Shown here: piece after piece, positions 44,743 to 55,286 of the stretch
Layout of the letters: each line of letters begins with the position of its first letter
How positions within the stretch are numbered: position 1 is the stretch's first letter
From: Candidatus Marinacidobacterales bacterium
Lineage (GTDB): Bacteria > Acidobacteriota > Vicinamibacteria > Marinacidobacterales > SMYC01
Assembly: GCA_965237955.1 (NCBI GenBank)
Contig: OZ250169.1
Location: 4,992,001-5,056,000 of the forward strand
DNA: 64,000 nucleotides
Reading direction: 5' to 3'
Made by a program: the position numbers and the translations under genes
The notes under the pieces: model-generated
Database searches by the model: none
The model's input: only the letters and a program-made list of their open reading frames with translations
What the model was told of the DNA's origin: nothing

Positions 44743-46335
44743 ATGAACATCCTTCTCTACAATCCCGATAACGAGGTAACGAACAACTACATGCCTCACC
44801 TATGGATGTTCCTCCTCCAGACGCTCACCCCTCCGGGGCACAAGGTGTTCCTCATTGATGGCAACGCCCAGCCGATGAACGAGGAGGAGATCGCGAACTT
44901 TGTTCGGGAAAACGAAATCGAGCTCGCTGGCATTGGAGCGATGACGCGCATGGCCGCGAGGGCCTACCGAATGGCGGATGCTATCCGTGCGGCAGGCGCC
45001 AAAGTGGTCATGGGAGGTCCGCACGTCACAGAGGTTCCCGACGAGCCCATTGGCCGCGACACCGAGCCCCGGCACGCGGATGCCGTCGCTTTGGGTGAGG
45101 CGGATGCGCTCTGGCCGCAAATCGTGCGCGATTGTGAGGCCGGAGAGCTCAAAGAGGTCTACCTGCCGGTTAATGAGGCCGGGGAAGAGGTCAAACCGGC
45201 CTTGGAAGACTATCCCAGTATCCCGTGGGAGCAGATGGATCTCACCCAGTTCAATCTGGTCGCGAAGATTCCAAAATTGGCGCGCTATCTGATCCGCAAG
45301 GCTGGGATTTCCTGGACCAGTTTCTACTTGGTGCCGATTGAGTCCGGTCGCGGGTGTCCGTACGGCTGTGACTTTTGCACGGTGACCGGGTTCTTTGGAG
45401 ACTCCATCCGTTTCCGAACGGACGAGAGCGTCGTCAACGAAATCCTGCGGCTGAAAGCGCGTGCCACTGCCGAGGGGGGACAGGTAGCGGTCTTCTTCAT
45501 CGACGATAACTTTGCCATCAATGTCAAACGCACCAAATCATTGCTTCGAGAGATGATCCGCCAAGGCGCTCAAATTCCTTGGATAGCACAGATCAGCATG
45601 AATCTTCTCAAGGACGAGGAGTTGGTAGATCTGATCAAGGAAAGTGGTGGACGATGGATCTTCATGGGCTTGGAGTCTATCGACCCCGATAATCTCAAGG
45701 CCGTCAACAAAGGGTTCAACAAGCCGGCTCAGTACGGCGACGTGCTGGATCGCTTGGCTCAGCGGGGCATTTACTCCATCACGTCGTTCATTTTCGGAAT
45801 GGATGGCGACGAGCCGGGAGTGGCGAACAAGACGATCGAGGCGATCGAGTCTTGGCCTCCGGGACTCCCCGTTTTTGGTTTGCTGACACCTTATCCCGCG
45901 ACACCGCTCTATGACCGTCTGTTGCAACAGGGTCGGCTCACGCGACCGAAACATTGGCTAGACTTCAAGCCGTTTGAGATGGCCTTTGCGCCGGAGAGCA
46001 TTACGATCGAACAAGCGGAGGCCGAAGTGCGCGAGGCCTGGGCCAAGTGCTACAGTCCCAAGGCCATTGCATCGGCCCTCAAGAGGATTGAACACCGCCC
46101 ATTCGTGGAAAGAGCCGTCATGTTGGTGACTCGATTGACTTTCCGAGGAATCTACTTTCCGCAGATGACGAAACGCCACTTGCTTAAACTGGTGTGGCAG
46201 AACCGTTCGAACCTTGCCAAGATTGTTGGTGAAGGTTGGGCGGCCAATCGTCGCCATCGTCGGAATAAGGCGACGCAGATGGCGGAATCCGTGCCCGAGG
46301 TCTCCAAGCCGGTTGAAAAACAGATGAGCCGCTGA
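44743..46335 (+). CDS. B12-binding radical SAM protein
   Basis: GGPHVT, GEA, RGCPYGCDFC, FIDDNF, GLES, TPYP.TPLY. Confidence 0.9.
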   Translation: MNILLYNPDNEVTNNYMPHLWMFLLQTLTPPGHKVFLIDGNAQPMNEEEIANFVRENEIELAGIGAMTRMAARAYRMADAIRAAGAKVVMGGPHVTEVPDEPIGRDTEPRHADAVALGEADALWPQIVRDCEAGELKEVYLPVNEAGEEVKPALEDYPSIPWEQMDLTQFNLVAKIPKLARYLIRKAGISWTSFYLVPIESGRGCPYGCDFCTVTGFFGDSIRFRTDESVVNEILRLKARATAEGGQVAVFFIDDNFAINVKRTKSLLREMIRQGAQIPWIAQISMNLLKDEELVDLIKESGGRWIFMGLESIDPDNLKAVNKGFNKPAQYGDVLDRLAQRGIYSITSFIFGMDGDEPGVANKTIEAIESWPPGLPVFGLLTPYPATPLYDRLLQQGRLTRPKHWLDFKPFEMAFAPESITIEQAEAEVREAWAKCYSPKAIASALKRIEHRPFVERAVMLVTRLTFRGIYFPQMTKRHLLKLVWQNRSNLAKIVGEGWAANRRHRRNKATQMAESVPEVSKPVEKQMSR

Positions 46336-46452
46336 TTTCGAGGCCCCGGCCACTTTCGGCTCTAGCTCGAGATTGGGCCGCCGCAGCGCAGCTCGTCCGT
46401 GCGGTAGGGATCGCCATGTTGCTCATGGTGTTGGTGTTTCCAGGAGGGAACC

Positions 46453-48273
46453 ATGAGATTCCTGTTGCTGATGACGTTTGGGCTTTCCACGTTTGGCCTC
46501 GCCCAGGAGCCCTCAGCCCGAGCGCAGGGCGAAGTCCAGGAGCGAGAGCCCGGGCCCGCGGAGAGGCCGTTCTGGCGGCCGGTGATCATGGGAACGCACG
46601 GCATGGTGGCCGCCGAGCATCCACTGGAGGCGATGGCGGGGATGAAGGTTCTCGAGGCGGGCGGAAACGCCATCGACGCGGCCGTCGCCGTCTTTTATAT
46701 GACGACGGTGGTGGAACAGCACCAGGCCGGTTTGGGAGGGGACGGCTTCATCCTCGCCTACATCGCCAAAGAGGATCGCGTCATCTTTATTAATGGTACC
46801 GGCCCCGCACCGGCGCGTGCGACTCGAGAGTTCTATGAGAAGCTCGGTGAGATCCCTGATGCGGGGCCGTACTCGACGGACGTCCCCGGCGCGGTGGGAG
46901 GCTTCGACCTGGCGCTTTCGCGCTACGGCACGATGCCTTACGACGAGCTTCTCGCGCCGGCCATCGAGGCAGCCAAGGGACAGCCGCTGGACTTTTGGGC
47001 CTCGCGCTCCCACGAAACGTCGGTCGAGAAGATTTCTCCGTACCAGAGCTCGGTCGAGCTCTTGATGCCCCAAGGACGCCCATTGCGCGCCGGCGAAATG
47101 TTTTTTCAGAAGGCACTTGCGAGCTCACTCGAGACGATAGCGAGGCAAGGAGCCGAGGCGTTCTATCGAGGCTCGCTCGCACGCAAATCGGCCTCGTTCT
47201 ATGAAAAACAGGGCGGGCTGCTCACGTACGAAGATCTTGCTGGCTATGAAGCCGAACAGGCCGAGCCTATCAAAACAACGTACGCGGGTCTCGAGGTCTA
47301 TCAGAGCGCGCCCAATTCGCAGGGCATCGTCATGCTGATGGCGCTCGATATTCTCGAGGGTTTCGACCTGGAAGCACTAGGCCACAACAGCCCCGAGTAC
47401 GTGCACCTCGTCACCGAAGCCATGAAGCTCGCTTTCGCGGACCGGAACCAGTGGGTGGCCGACCCACGTGTGGTGGACGTTCCTGTCGCCGGTCTTCTCT
47501 CCAAGGAGTATGCGGCGAAGAGGCGCGCACTCATACGCCGCGGTCGCGCTTTCGTCGCCGCCCCGCCGGGCGACCCCGTGCCGGCAAAGCCGTCCTGGAC
47601 GGGTTCGAAACGACCTATGCGGAACCTCAAACGGTCGAGAGCACGTCGGAGCCAGAGTTGCTCGACGGCGAGACGTCTTCGTTTTCCATTGCGGACAAAT
47701 TCGGAAATCTCGTTTCCGTGACGCATAGCATCAACTCCAGCTTCGGAAGCGGTATGGCGGTCGAAGGTGGGGGCTATTTCCTCAACAACCGCATGCCGTA
47801 CTTCAGCCTCGAAGAGGACGACGTCAACGTGCTCGTGCCGGGAAAGCGAACGCGCCATACGGTGAACCCCGCGCTCGCGCTCAAGGATGGCAAGCCGTAT
47901 CTGGCCTGGAACACGCCCGGTGGGGATAACCAGCCGCAAGCCATGCTTCAAGCTTTTCTCGCCTTCGTACATTTCGGGATGAACGTGCAGCAGGCGGTGG
48001 AAGCTCCGACCGTCACGTCGAGCGCCTTCCGCGCCTCGATGTATCCCGGCCGGATTCTCGGCAAGCTCACCATGCCCCAAGTTCTCGGCGACGAAGTGGC
48101 CGAGGCGCTGGCAGCCAAGGGACACAACGTGCAGGTGATTCCGCTGCAGCAGCCTTATCGTCAGGCCACCTCGGGCGCGGGGGCGGTCAAGATGGTCTGG
48201 ATCGATCCGGAGACGGGCATTTTTTCATGGAGGCGTCAGCCCGGCGAAGAGCGATTACGTGATCGGCTGGTAG
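46453..48273 (+). CDS. Gamma-glutamyltransferase family protein (frameshifts near 47580 and 48225)
   Basis: GGNAIDAAVA, GLGGDGF, PNSQG; ETSSFSIAD nucleophile region; LNNRM; TPGGD.QPQ. Confidence 0.88.
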
Positions 48274-48289
48274 TCCTCCATTCTCGTGA

Positions 48290-48434
48290 AATCGGCGAGC
48301 GCGATAGAGCCCGAGGTGACATCGCCCCGCTCCATCGCATCCTGGAGCTCGGGGATCGTCTTCTCGAACGCGTCGAAGCGTTCTGCCTGGGTCGCCAAGC
48401 TGCTTGCAAGTATTAAGGAAAGAGCCAGCGTCAT
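48290..48434 (-). pseudogene. N-terminal remnant of a secreted amidase
   Basis: Signal peptide then E.TIPELQDAMERG.VTS, then truncated. Confidence 0.5.
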
Positions 48435-49421
48435 GAGGTGCCTCCCGTGATTGGTTTTCGTGCGATCAGCTGCTGCGTCGACGTGGCGAACCCGAGGAGC
48501 ATCAACAACAAGTCGACGCCGGTGAAAAACGACAACGTCACCACGTTCGAGTAGTTGAAGATCTCGAAGACGCTTCTGTGTTTGGTCAAAGCGTCCATCT
48601 TCATCGAGTTTCGGATGCGCATGTTCCATGCGGGAGCCGACGTCGTCGCGCCGTGGCGCGCGATCTCGAGACCGCTTCGCCGGGCGAGCCCGGCGAGTGT
48701 CTTGCGCGAGAACAAATGGAAGTGCCTCGGGAAATGCGTCATGCCCCAGTTGTCTTTTGAAAATGTAGCGAGCCGGCGCGTTGGTGTCGGGCGTCTCGAG
48801 ATACAAAACCCCGCCGGGCGCCAGGTGCTCCGACATCCACCGAAACACCGCCCTCGGGTCGATCACATGCTCGATGACGTGGATGCCGATGATGGCGTCG
48901 AACCGAGCTGTGGTTTCTACGATCTCGACGGCGCCCTCCAACAGGCGAATGTTCTTCGTCCGGAGCGCGGAGCGGGTCTCGTCGTCGAAGTAGATATCGT
49001 TGGCGTAGAGCTCGATGGGGCAGGGGCTGATGTCGCCGAGGAACTCGAGCTGCCGGCCCGAGCCGGCTCCGATCTCCAGAACCTTGGAGCCCTTGCGGAG
49101 ATTCGACAAGACTGATTTCATGCGTCGCTTGTCGAACAAGTTGCGCTTGATCGATGCCACGAGCCCGGACGGGTGATACGCGGAGTCGTCGTTGAGCGTA
49201 AGATAGTTCGCGTAGATCTGGTGGATGTCCTCTTCCTTGGGTCGAGGCGTCAGATACCAGTGGCCGCACTCACCACATTCGAGAAAGGTGAAGGCGTTGT
49301 CGCACGTGCGGAACTCGATGTCATGTCCCTGGAACACGGTCGTGCCGCGACTGGGGTCCGTGCCGCACACGCCGCAGTCCACGGTCTCGAGCTCGAGCAC
49401 GATGCCGCTTTCTATGTTCAC
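48431..49421 (-). CDS. Class I SAM methyltransferase with N-terminal Zn-ribbon (frameshift near 48755)
   Basis: CGVCG..CGECG; VLEIGAGSG; HVIEH..DP; PRH..LFS. Confidence 0.85.
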
Positions 49422-51040
49422 GTCGTTTTCGGCACGATGACGTAGAGGCGCACTGGCTCGCCGGTTCTCGGATCGGTCGCGAAGAGCTCGACGTAGACCA
49501 GACCCGGGTTTGGCCAGGCGAGCTCGAAGCGGTGCTCTCCCTCGGAGAGACGAACGCGCTCGGCGGTCTTTCCGTTGAGTCGGACCTCGACTTCGGTTCT
49601 ACCCGAGGGATTGCGCGGGCGGACGTTGAAGCGAACGACTTCGACTTCGGCTTCGGCTTCGGCTTCATCAGTCACCAAAACGTTGAAGCCGGCCGCGCCC
49701 GTCATCGCCGAGCGTTTGGGAGGGACTTTGAGAGGCCAGTGGACTCCGTAGTCGGCGCGAGCACTGAAGCTTCTCGGCAGCTGAGGGAGGACGATAACGG
49801 CCAGAATCGCTGCGGCAAGCCCGGCTACTGCCAAGATCTTCTTGTCGACGTTACCGAAACTACCCGCGAGCACGACGGCGGCAAGTGCGATGAGCTGCGG
49901 CTCGATAGGAGCGCGCAGGCGCGGACCGCCGAAGCCGGAGAGCGCCACCAGGCCCATGTTCACGGCGATCCAAACGAGAAGAAACGTTGCGAGAAACGGC
50001 TTCCGGCAAAGAACGACACCGAGCGGAGCGAGGAGGAGGCACACGACGAAGGCGAGGTCGCCGAATAGGTGCGAGGTGAATTTTGCGAACAGCGCCCCAG
50101 CTTTTGTCGCAGCGCCCAGGTAAATTTGCAGAAGACGGCCACCGTTGACGTGGAAAACCGATTCGACCGTCTTCCACCAATCGCTCATCGTTGCCATGGG
50201 GGCGTCCACGAAACCGCCGAGCAGAATGATGGCGGTCTTGGCCAGCGATGCGGGCTCATCGCCCTCGACGCCTCCGTAGCGCTCGACGATGAAGATGCTG
50301 CCGTGGTTCTCTACGAACGTCGCTTGGCCCAGATGCTGCGACAAGGAGACGCTGTAGGGTATCGTCAACAGAAAGAAGCCGCCGAAAAGTGCCGCTACAT
50401 TCCAAAGACTTCGGCGGCGATCACGATAGACCATCAGCGCGGCGAGAAACGGCAGCATGTACATCGGCATCGAGCGAGCAAGAGTCGCAATGCCGAAGAC
50501 GGCTCCCGCGGCTGCGAAGTCCCAGTGACTCAACCCGTCTTGTTTGAGGACGGCCCGAAGCAACAACACGAACGCGAGGAGCACGATGGGAACGTAGATC
50601 GCCTCCTGCATCGTCGACCACACCGCGATGATGTTCGGGAGCCATGCGGCGTAGATGGCTGCCGCGATGAGGCCGGCGCGCTCGGAGTGTAGTTGTCGTC
50701 CGAGAAAAAATAGGAGCGCGATCGTTGCCGTCGACATGAAGATTTGGCCAACTTGCGCGCTGAACGGATAACCGGGGAACAGCGCGAACAGCGAGAGAAA
50801 GACGGGGTACGCGGGTGGCAAGACGTAAAATCGCTGATCGTACGAAGAGTGTCGTACCGCATCGAACGTCCACCGCCACCCTTCGCCGTCTCGGGCCAGG
50901 ATGCGTCCCTTGAGCTTGTAGTGGTCCGGGTCGACTCACTCGTAGCGAGGCTGCGACTTGGCGTGGAGCAAATAGGCGATGCGAACGCTGCAACCCAGGA
51001 GGACTATCAGCGCAAGCGTCAGAACGGACGGTCTGCTCAT
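49418..51040 (-). CDS. ArnT/GT39-like membrane glycosyltransferase (frameshift near 50825)
   Basis: PPAYPVFL; multiple TM segments; GGPRLRAP.EP. Confidence 0.75.
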
Positions 51041-51089
51041 TATCGTTGTAGCGTGAGGATTGTATACTAGTGCTCGCGGAGGGGAAGGC

Positions 51090-51359
51090 ATGCCGACAGT
51101 TGCGTTCACACCCAATCTTCAGCGCCACCTCGACTGCCCTGAAGTGACGGTTGCGGCGGACACGGTGGCCGCCGCTCTCGAGGCGGTGTTTCGGGACAAC
51201 CCGCAGCTTCGCGGTTACGTGCTCGATGAGCAGGGCCGGCTTCGCCAACACGTCGCGGTTTTCGTAGGCGGGGAGCTGATCCGCGATCGCGTACGCCTCA
51301 GCGACACCGTGGCAGCCAATCAAGATATTTTCGTGATGCAGGCACTATCGGGGGGATAG
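51090..51359 (+). CDS. MoaD/ThiS family ubiquitin-like protein
   Basis: LDEQG.LR.HV.VFV; C-terminal ALSGG. Confidence 0.9.
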   Translation: MPTVAFTPNLQRHLDCPEVTVAADTVAAALEAVFRDNPQLRGYVLDEQGRLRQHVAVFVGGELIRDRVRLSDTVAANQDIFVMQALSGG

Positions 51360-51362
51360 AGC

Positions 51363-52039
51363 ATGAGAGATCGGTTGCTCGTCGGCACACGCAAGGGAGT
51401 TTTCGTTTTCGTTCGACCTGGCGTTCGAGATGCAGCGGGGAAGTGGGAACTAAAGAGCTCGAGTTGTCCTGCGGCGGTGTCTGGATCACGGACGACGCGG
51501 GCGAGTCGTGGACGTGCAGCACCGAAGGGATGTATGCGGAGTACATGCCGCCCGAGCGACGGGAGGACGGCTCGATCCAAGATCCTCATCGCATCGTGCA
51601 GTGTCCGGCGGCGACGGACACCTTTTGGGCGCAGCACCACAACGGTGTTTTCCGCTCGACGAACGGTGGAGCGAGCTGGGAAGAATTGCATCCGCCGCCG
51701 TCGAAATTCGGGTTTGCCGCCGCGATTCACCCCGAAGACCCGAAGACCGCGTGGCTCGTTCCTCTCGTGAAAGACGATTGCCGCGTGCCCGTCGATGGAA
51801 AGGTCGTCGTCGCCCGCACCCGCGATGGCGGCGAGAGCTTCGAGGTTCTGCGCGAAGGTCTTCCGCAGGAGAACGCGTACGACGTCGTGTTCCGCCACAG
51901 CTTTGACATCGACGCGACCGGCGATGTGCTCGCGATGGGCTCGACGACCGGATCACTCTGGCTTACCCAAAACCAGGGTGACTCGTGGAACACTCTATCG
52001 ACCCACCTGCCACCCGTGTATTGCGTACGCTTCGGCTAA
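51363..52039 (+). pseudogene. BNR/sialidase-like protein with an internal deletion near 51465
   Basis: LLVGTRKG joined directly to SCGGVW.T.D.G.SW, QDPH, QHHNGVFRS. Confidence 0.7.
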
Positions 52040-52199
52040 TTAGGTTCTAACGGAGTCGACGACGGCGCGCAAGTCTGTGATTTCACGGGTGGACGCATTC
52101 TGATGACCAGATGATGCTTCCCAGAATCGTCACCGGATGAGACGAGCCCATGGCTCGCTCCGAACCCCGGGAAAAACCTACGAACGGCTAAAAGCCGTA

Positions 52200-52219
52200 G
52201 CGTAGTGAAATCACTACGC
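52200..52219. promoter_or_regulatory. Inverted repeat upstream of the PilZ cluster
   Basis: GCGTAGTGA-AA-TCACTACGC. Confidence 0.45.
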
Positions 52220-52420
52220 CGGGCCCCAATCTCCGCCGTGTAGCGCTGGAGTCTTCACTCGGTGTGGGCGCTTTCCCCCCATTTCTTTATCGGAGAGCTG
52301 GCGGGGAGATCCGACGATTCAAGTCACTGTAAAACCACAGTACTCGCAGTACAATGCGAGGTACACGAGAAAATTTGGTTTCGGATAACCGTCCCAACCG
52401 GACTTGCGAGAGGAGGAAGT

Positions 52421-53020
52421 GTGAAGACCACTCTCGATCTGACAACCGAATTCGCAGCCCTTGACGATACCAAGAGTCGCTGCCGCGGGAAACTTTCCCC
52501 TGCCGACGAGCGGCGTTGGGCGGAGCTGAAGCCCTTTTATAACGTGCTGATGGCTCAAGAAGGGTTCCCCTCGACAGCATCAGCACCCGGTTTCACGGCG
52601 GCGGATATCCGCGAGCGTGTACGGCCTCGAGAGAGACTGCGCGTGCGAGTGGAGTCGGAAGTCGTCGTCGTCTATCAATGCGAGCATCACATCGCGGATC
52701 TCGTGAACTTGAGCTGCGGTGGCGCCCTCCTTGCGACACCGGTTTCCCTCCAGGGCGGTGCCCCGCTGTCACTTTGCTTCACGAGTTTCCCCGGTGTCAG
52801 AGGGCCGATACTCACCGTCGAGGCGGAAGTGGTCTGGGGAAGTGAGGCAGGGCTGTCCGCGAAAGCGGGAGTGCGATTCGTCGATTTGCCCGCCCAGTCG
52901 CTGGATTTGCTCGATGCTTTCGTTCTCGAGAACCTCGAGAAATGCCTCTTTACGCTCCGTGTGGCCGCCCTCGAGCCAGGCTTCGCTGCCCGTGAACAGC
53001 TCGTAAAGCAAGTGGGGTAA
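52421..53020 (+). CDS. PilZ-domain protein
   Basis: SD AGGAGG; RERLRV, NLSCGGA, AEVVW, GVRF. Confidence 0.8.
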   Translation: MKTTLDLTTEFAALDDTKSRCRGKLSPADERRWAELKPFYNVLMAQEGFPSTASAPGFTAADIRERVRPRERLRVRVESEVVVVYQCEHHIADLVNLSCGGALLATPVSLQGGAPLSLCFTSFPGVRGPILTVEAEVVWGSEAGLSAKAGVRFVDLPAQSLDLLDAFVLENLEKCLFTLRVAALEPGFAAREQLVKQVG

Positions 53021-53116
53021 AACCGCTTCGCGCGACGTGGGTAATCACCTACAGCTTTCCGACCGTCATCTCCTGAAGGGGACAGATTCTGCGGGACTTC
53101 GGAGACAGTGCCGAAT

Positions 53117-53132
53117 AGGAATGCTCCTTGCA
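53117..53132 (+). promoter_or_regulatory. Sigma54 promoter
   Basis: AGGAATG-CTCC-TTGCA (GG-N10-GC). Confidence 0.55.
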
Positions 53133-53153
53133 TATTGCAAGAAAATAGAGGCC

Positions 53154-53582
53154 ATGAAGAAGAAGCCATACAACGAGTGCCGTGCCGAACCGCGGATGAA
53201 GACCGAAGAGCCTATCGGTGTTCATCTACGAGGCGGCGCGCATTCTGGCTTGGGACGCCTCGTCGATATCAATAATAAAGGGGCCCTCATCGCGACGGAG
53301 ATGGCGCTCAAGCCCGGGGTCGTCGTGACGCTCGAAATCGAGGTGCCAGGCTCTACCGAGCCCGAAACTGTGCGCGGTGTCGTGGCGCGTCGGGCAATGG
53401 ACTCGACCGTGGGGCTCGGAATAGAGTTTCTTCCCACAACGGTCGACGAACGAGATCATATCCACTACGTGGTGATGACGATTCTTGCACTCGACCTACT
53501 CGCTTACGAAACGACACAGGAGCCCGCCGAAGCGCGCGCCGTTGTCCCACCTGCTTCTCGATCGAACGACGAGAGCGCCTGA
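53154..53582 (+). CDS. Stand-alone PilZ-domain protein
   Basis: RAEPR (RxxxR), DINNKG, G.VAR, GLGIEF. Confidence 0.85.
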   Translation: MKKKPYNECRAEPRMKTEEPIGVHLRGGAHSGLGRLVDINNKGALIATEMALKPGVVVTLEIEVPGSTEPETVRGVVARRAMDSTVGLGIEFLPTTVDERDHIHYVVMTILALDLLAYETTQEPAEARAVVPPASRSNDESA

Positions 53583-53847
53583 GTCATTCTTCGGGAGGTA
53601 GCCTCTCGGTCCGCACGTCCTTCGGGAGCTCGAAAATCAGACAAACGGGCGCTCCCCCAGAACATAGTCAAGGTTCTCTTCGAGTCCTCATTCTGGGTTA
53701 TCCACACACTGGCCAACCCACGAGTGGGGTCCTTTCCCTACACGCAGAGACGTGTCGCGGCAGGATGCCGATAGCAGGACCGCCTCTAAATAGCCTCTGG
53801 TGAAGGGATTGTCAGCCTGGTCGGTATTCGTGCACGTTGGGACCGCT

Positions 53848-53863
53848 AGGCACCATTCTTGCA
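53848..53863 (+). promoter_or_regulatory. Sigma54 promoter
   Basis: AGGCACC-ATTC-TTGCA, followed by SD GGAGG and TTG at 53889. Confidence 0.65.
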
Positions 53864-53888
53864 ATTTCTTGCCGGGAGGTGTGCGCTC

Positions 53889-55199
53889 TTGCTACCAGTG
53901 CTGGTTCTCGTGGTCGGCGCGATGATTCTTGGGATCTGCTTCGTCTCGATCTGGTGGAACCTTCGCCTCCGTTCCGAGCTCGAACGGGTGGTTTTGGAGC
54001 TCTCGCGTGAACGGGAATTTCACCGGCGGAACTCGGCGGAGCTCCGGCAGAATCTGGAATCGATCGAGAACCACCAGCGATTTCTGGCGCGTTTTATTCG
54101 TGATCTCCCCGATCTCACGCGGGAGCTTCACAGTCGAGTCGAGGCGCGACGACTCCCGGGAATCCTTCTGGAAGTCATCTGCCGAAGCCTGGAGCCCGAG
54201 CAAGCCGTGGTTTTGCTGTGCCGCCGTGCCAGCTCCAACACCGGGACCAATAGCAATGAGCGTCGTTTGGTGGTGGCCGCGGCGCATCCTCCCGATTCTT
54301 CCATCCGGCCTGGGGTCGACGTTCCGTTGCGTCATGGCGCGCTCGCCACGGTGGTCCGGACTCAGATGACGATGACTCGTTACGACTTCGACCGGGAGCG
54401 CTCCTTTGGGCGGCGGAAGAACCGAGACGACGAACTGCCGGGCTTCGAGCCCGAGCTGGTGGCGCCGATGGTCTCTGATGACAAGACCGTGGGGGTCGTC
54501 GCGCTCTCGGGCACGCCTTATGGCCCGTACGAAGCCGCCGATACCAAGGCCGCGCTCAGAGTCATCGCTCAACTCGGTGCCCGTACTTTTCAAAGCGCCG
54601 CCGTGTATCGGGAGACGAGGTTCTCGGCTGATGTGGACGCGCTCACGGGTGCTTTCAACAAGAGGTTCGTGACCCAGGATTTGGCCGAGAGAATTCTTGA
54701 GGCGCGGGAAATCCACTCGGAGCTTTCCGTCTTTCTCTTCGACATCGACAACTTCAAGAACTACAACGACGTCAACGGTCACGTGGAGGGCGATGCGCTT
54801 CTCCGCGAGCTAGCACAGCTCGTGAGCAGCGAAGTGCGAGATGAAGACATCTTCGGTCGCTTCGGCGGCGAGGAGTTCTTGCTGATCCTTCCGGACACCA
54901 GCGATGCGGAAGCTCTCGTGGTTGCGGAAAAGATGCGCGCCTCTATCGCCGCGCACGCCTTCCCATTTGCCGAGCGTCAACCACTTGGAATTCTGAGCGT
55001 CAGCGGTGGCGTCGCCTTCTATCGTATCCATGCCCACGATAGTACCGGCTTGCTTCGAGCTGCCGACGAGGCGCTGTACTTGGCCAAGCAAAAGGGACGC
55101 AACCGAGTCCTCGTCGCGGGACGCGACTACCTGGGCGAGGACGACAAAGAGCTCGCTGGGACGCATCCGAAAGCGTCCGGCGAGACTGGCGCCGCGTAA
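53889..55199 (+). CDS. Membrane-anchored GAF-GGDEF diguanylate cyclase
   Basis: DALTG, DIDNFK..ND..GH..GD, RDED I-site, GGEEF, ALY.AK..GRN. Confidence 0.92.
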   Translation: MLPVLVLVVGAMILGICFVSIWWNLRLRSELERVVLELSREREFHRRNSAELRQNLESIENHQRFLARFIRDLPDLTRELHSRVEARRLPGILLEVICRSLEPEQAVVLLCRRASSNTGTNSNERRLVVAAAHPPDSSIRPGVDVPLRHGALATVVRTQMTMTRYDFDRERSFGRRKNRDDELPGFEPELVAPMVSDDKTVGVVALSGTPYGPYEAADTKAALRVIAQLGARTFQSAAVYRETRFSADVDALTGAFNKRFVTQDLAERILEAREIHSELSVFLFDIDNFKNYNDVNGHVEGDALLRELAQLVSSEVRDEDIFGRFGGEEFLLILPDTSDAEALVVAEKMRASIAAHAFPFAERQPLGILSVSGGVAFYRIHAHDSTGLLRAADEALYLAKQKGRNRVLVAGRDYLGEDDKELAGTHPKASGETGAA

Positions 55200-55286
55200 C
55201 AAAGTAACAGGGGAACAGGGAACAGGAGAACAAGGGCGTCCTAGGGAGCCATCTTTTTTGTCGCGCGAAGGTGAAGGTATTGCAAG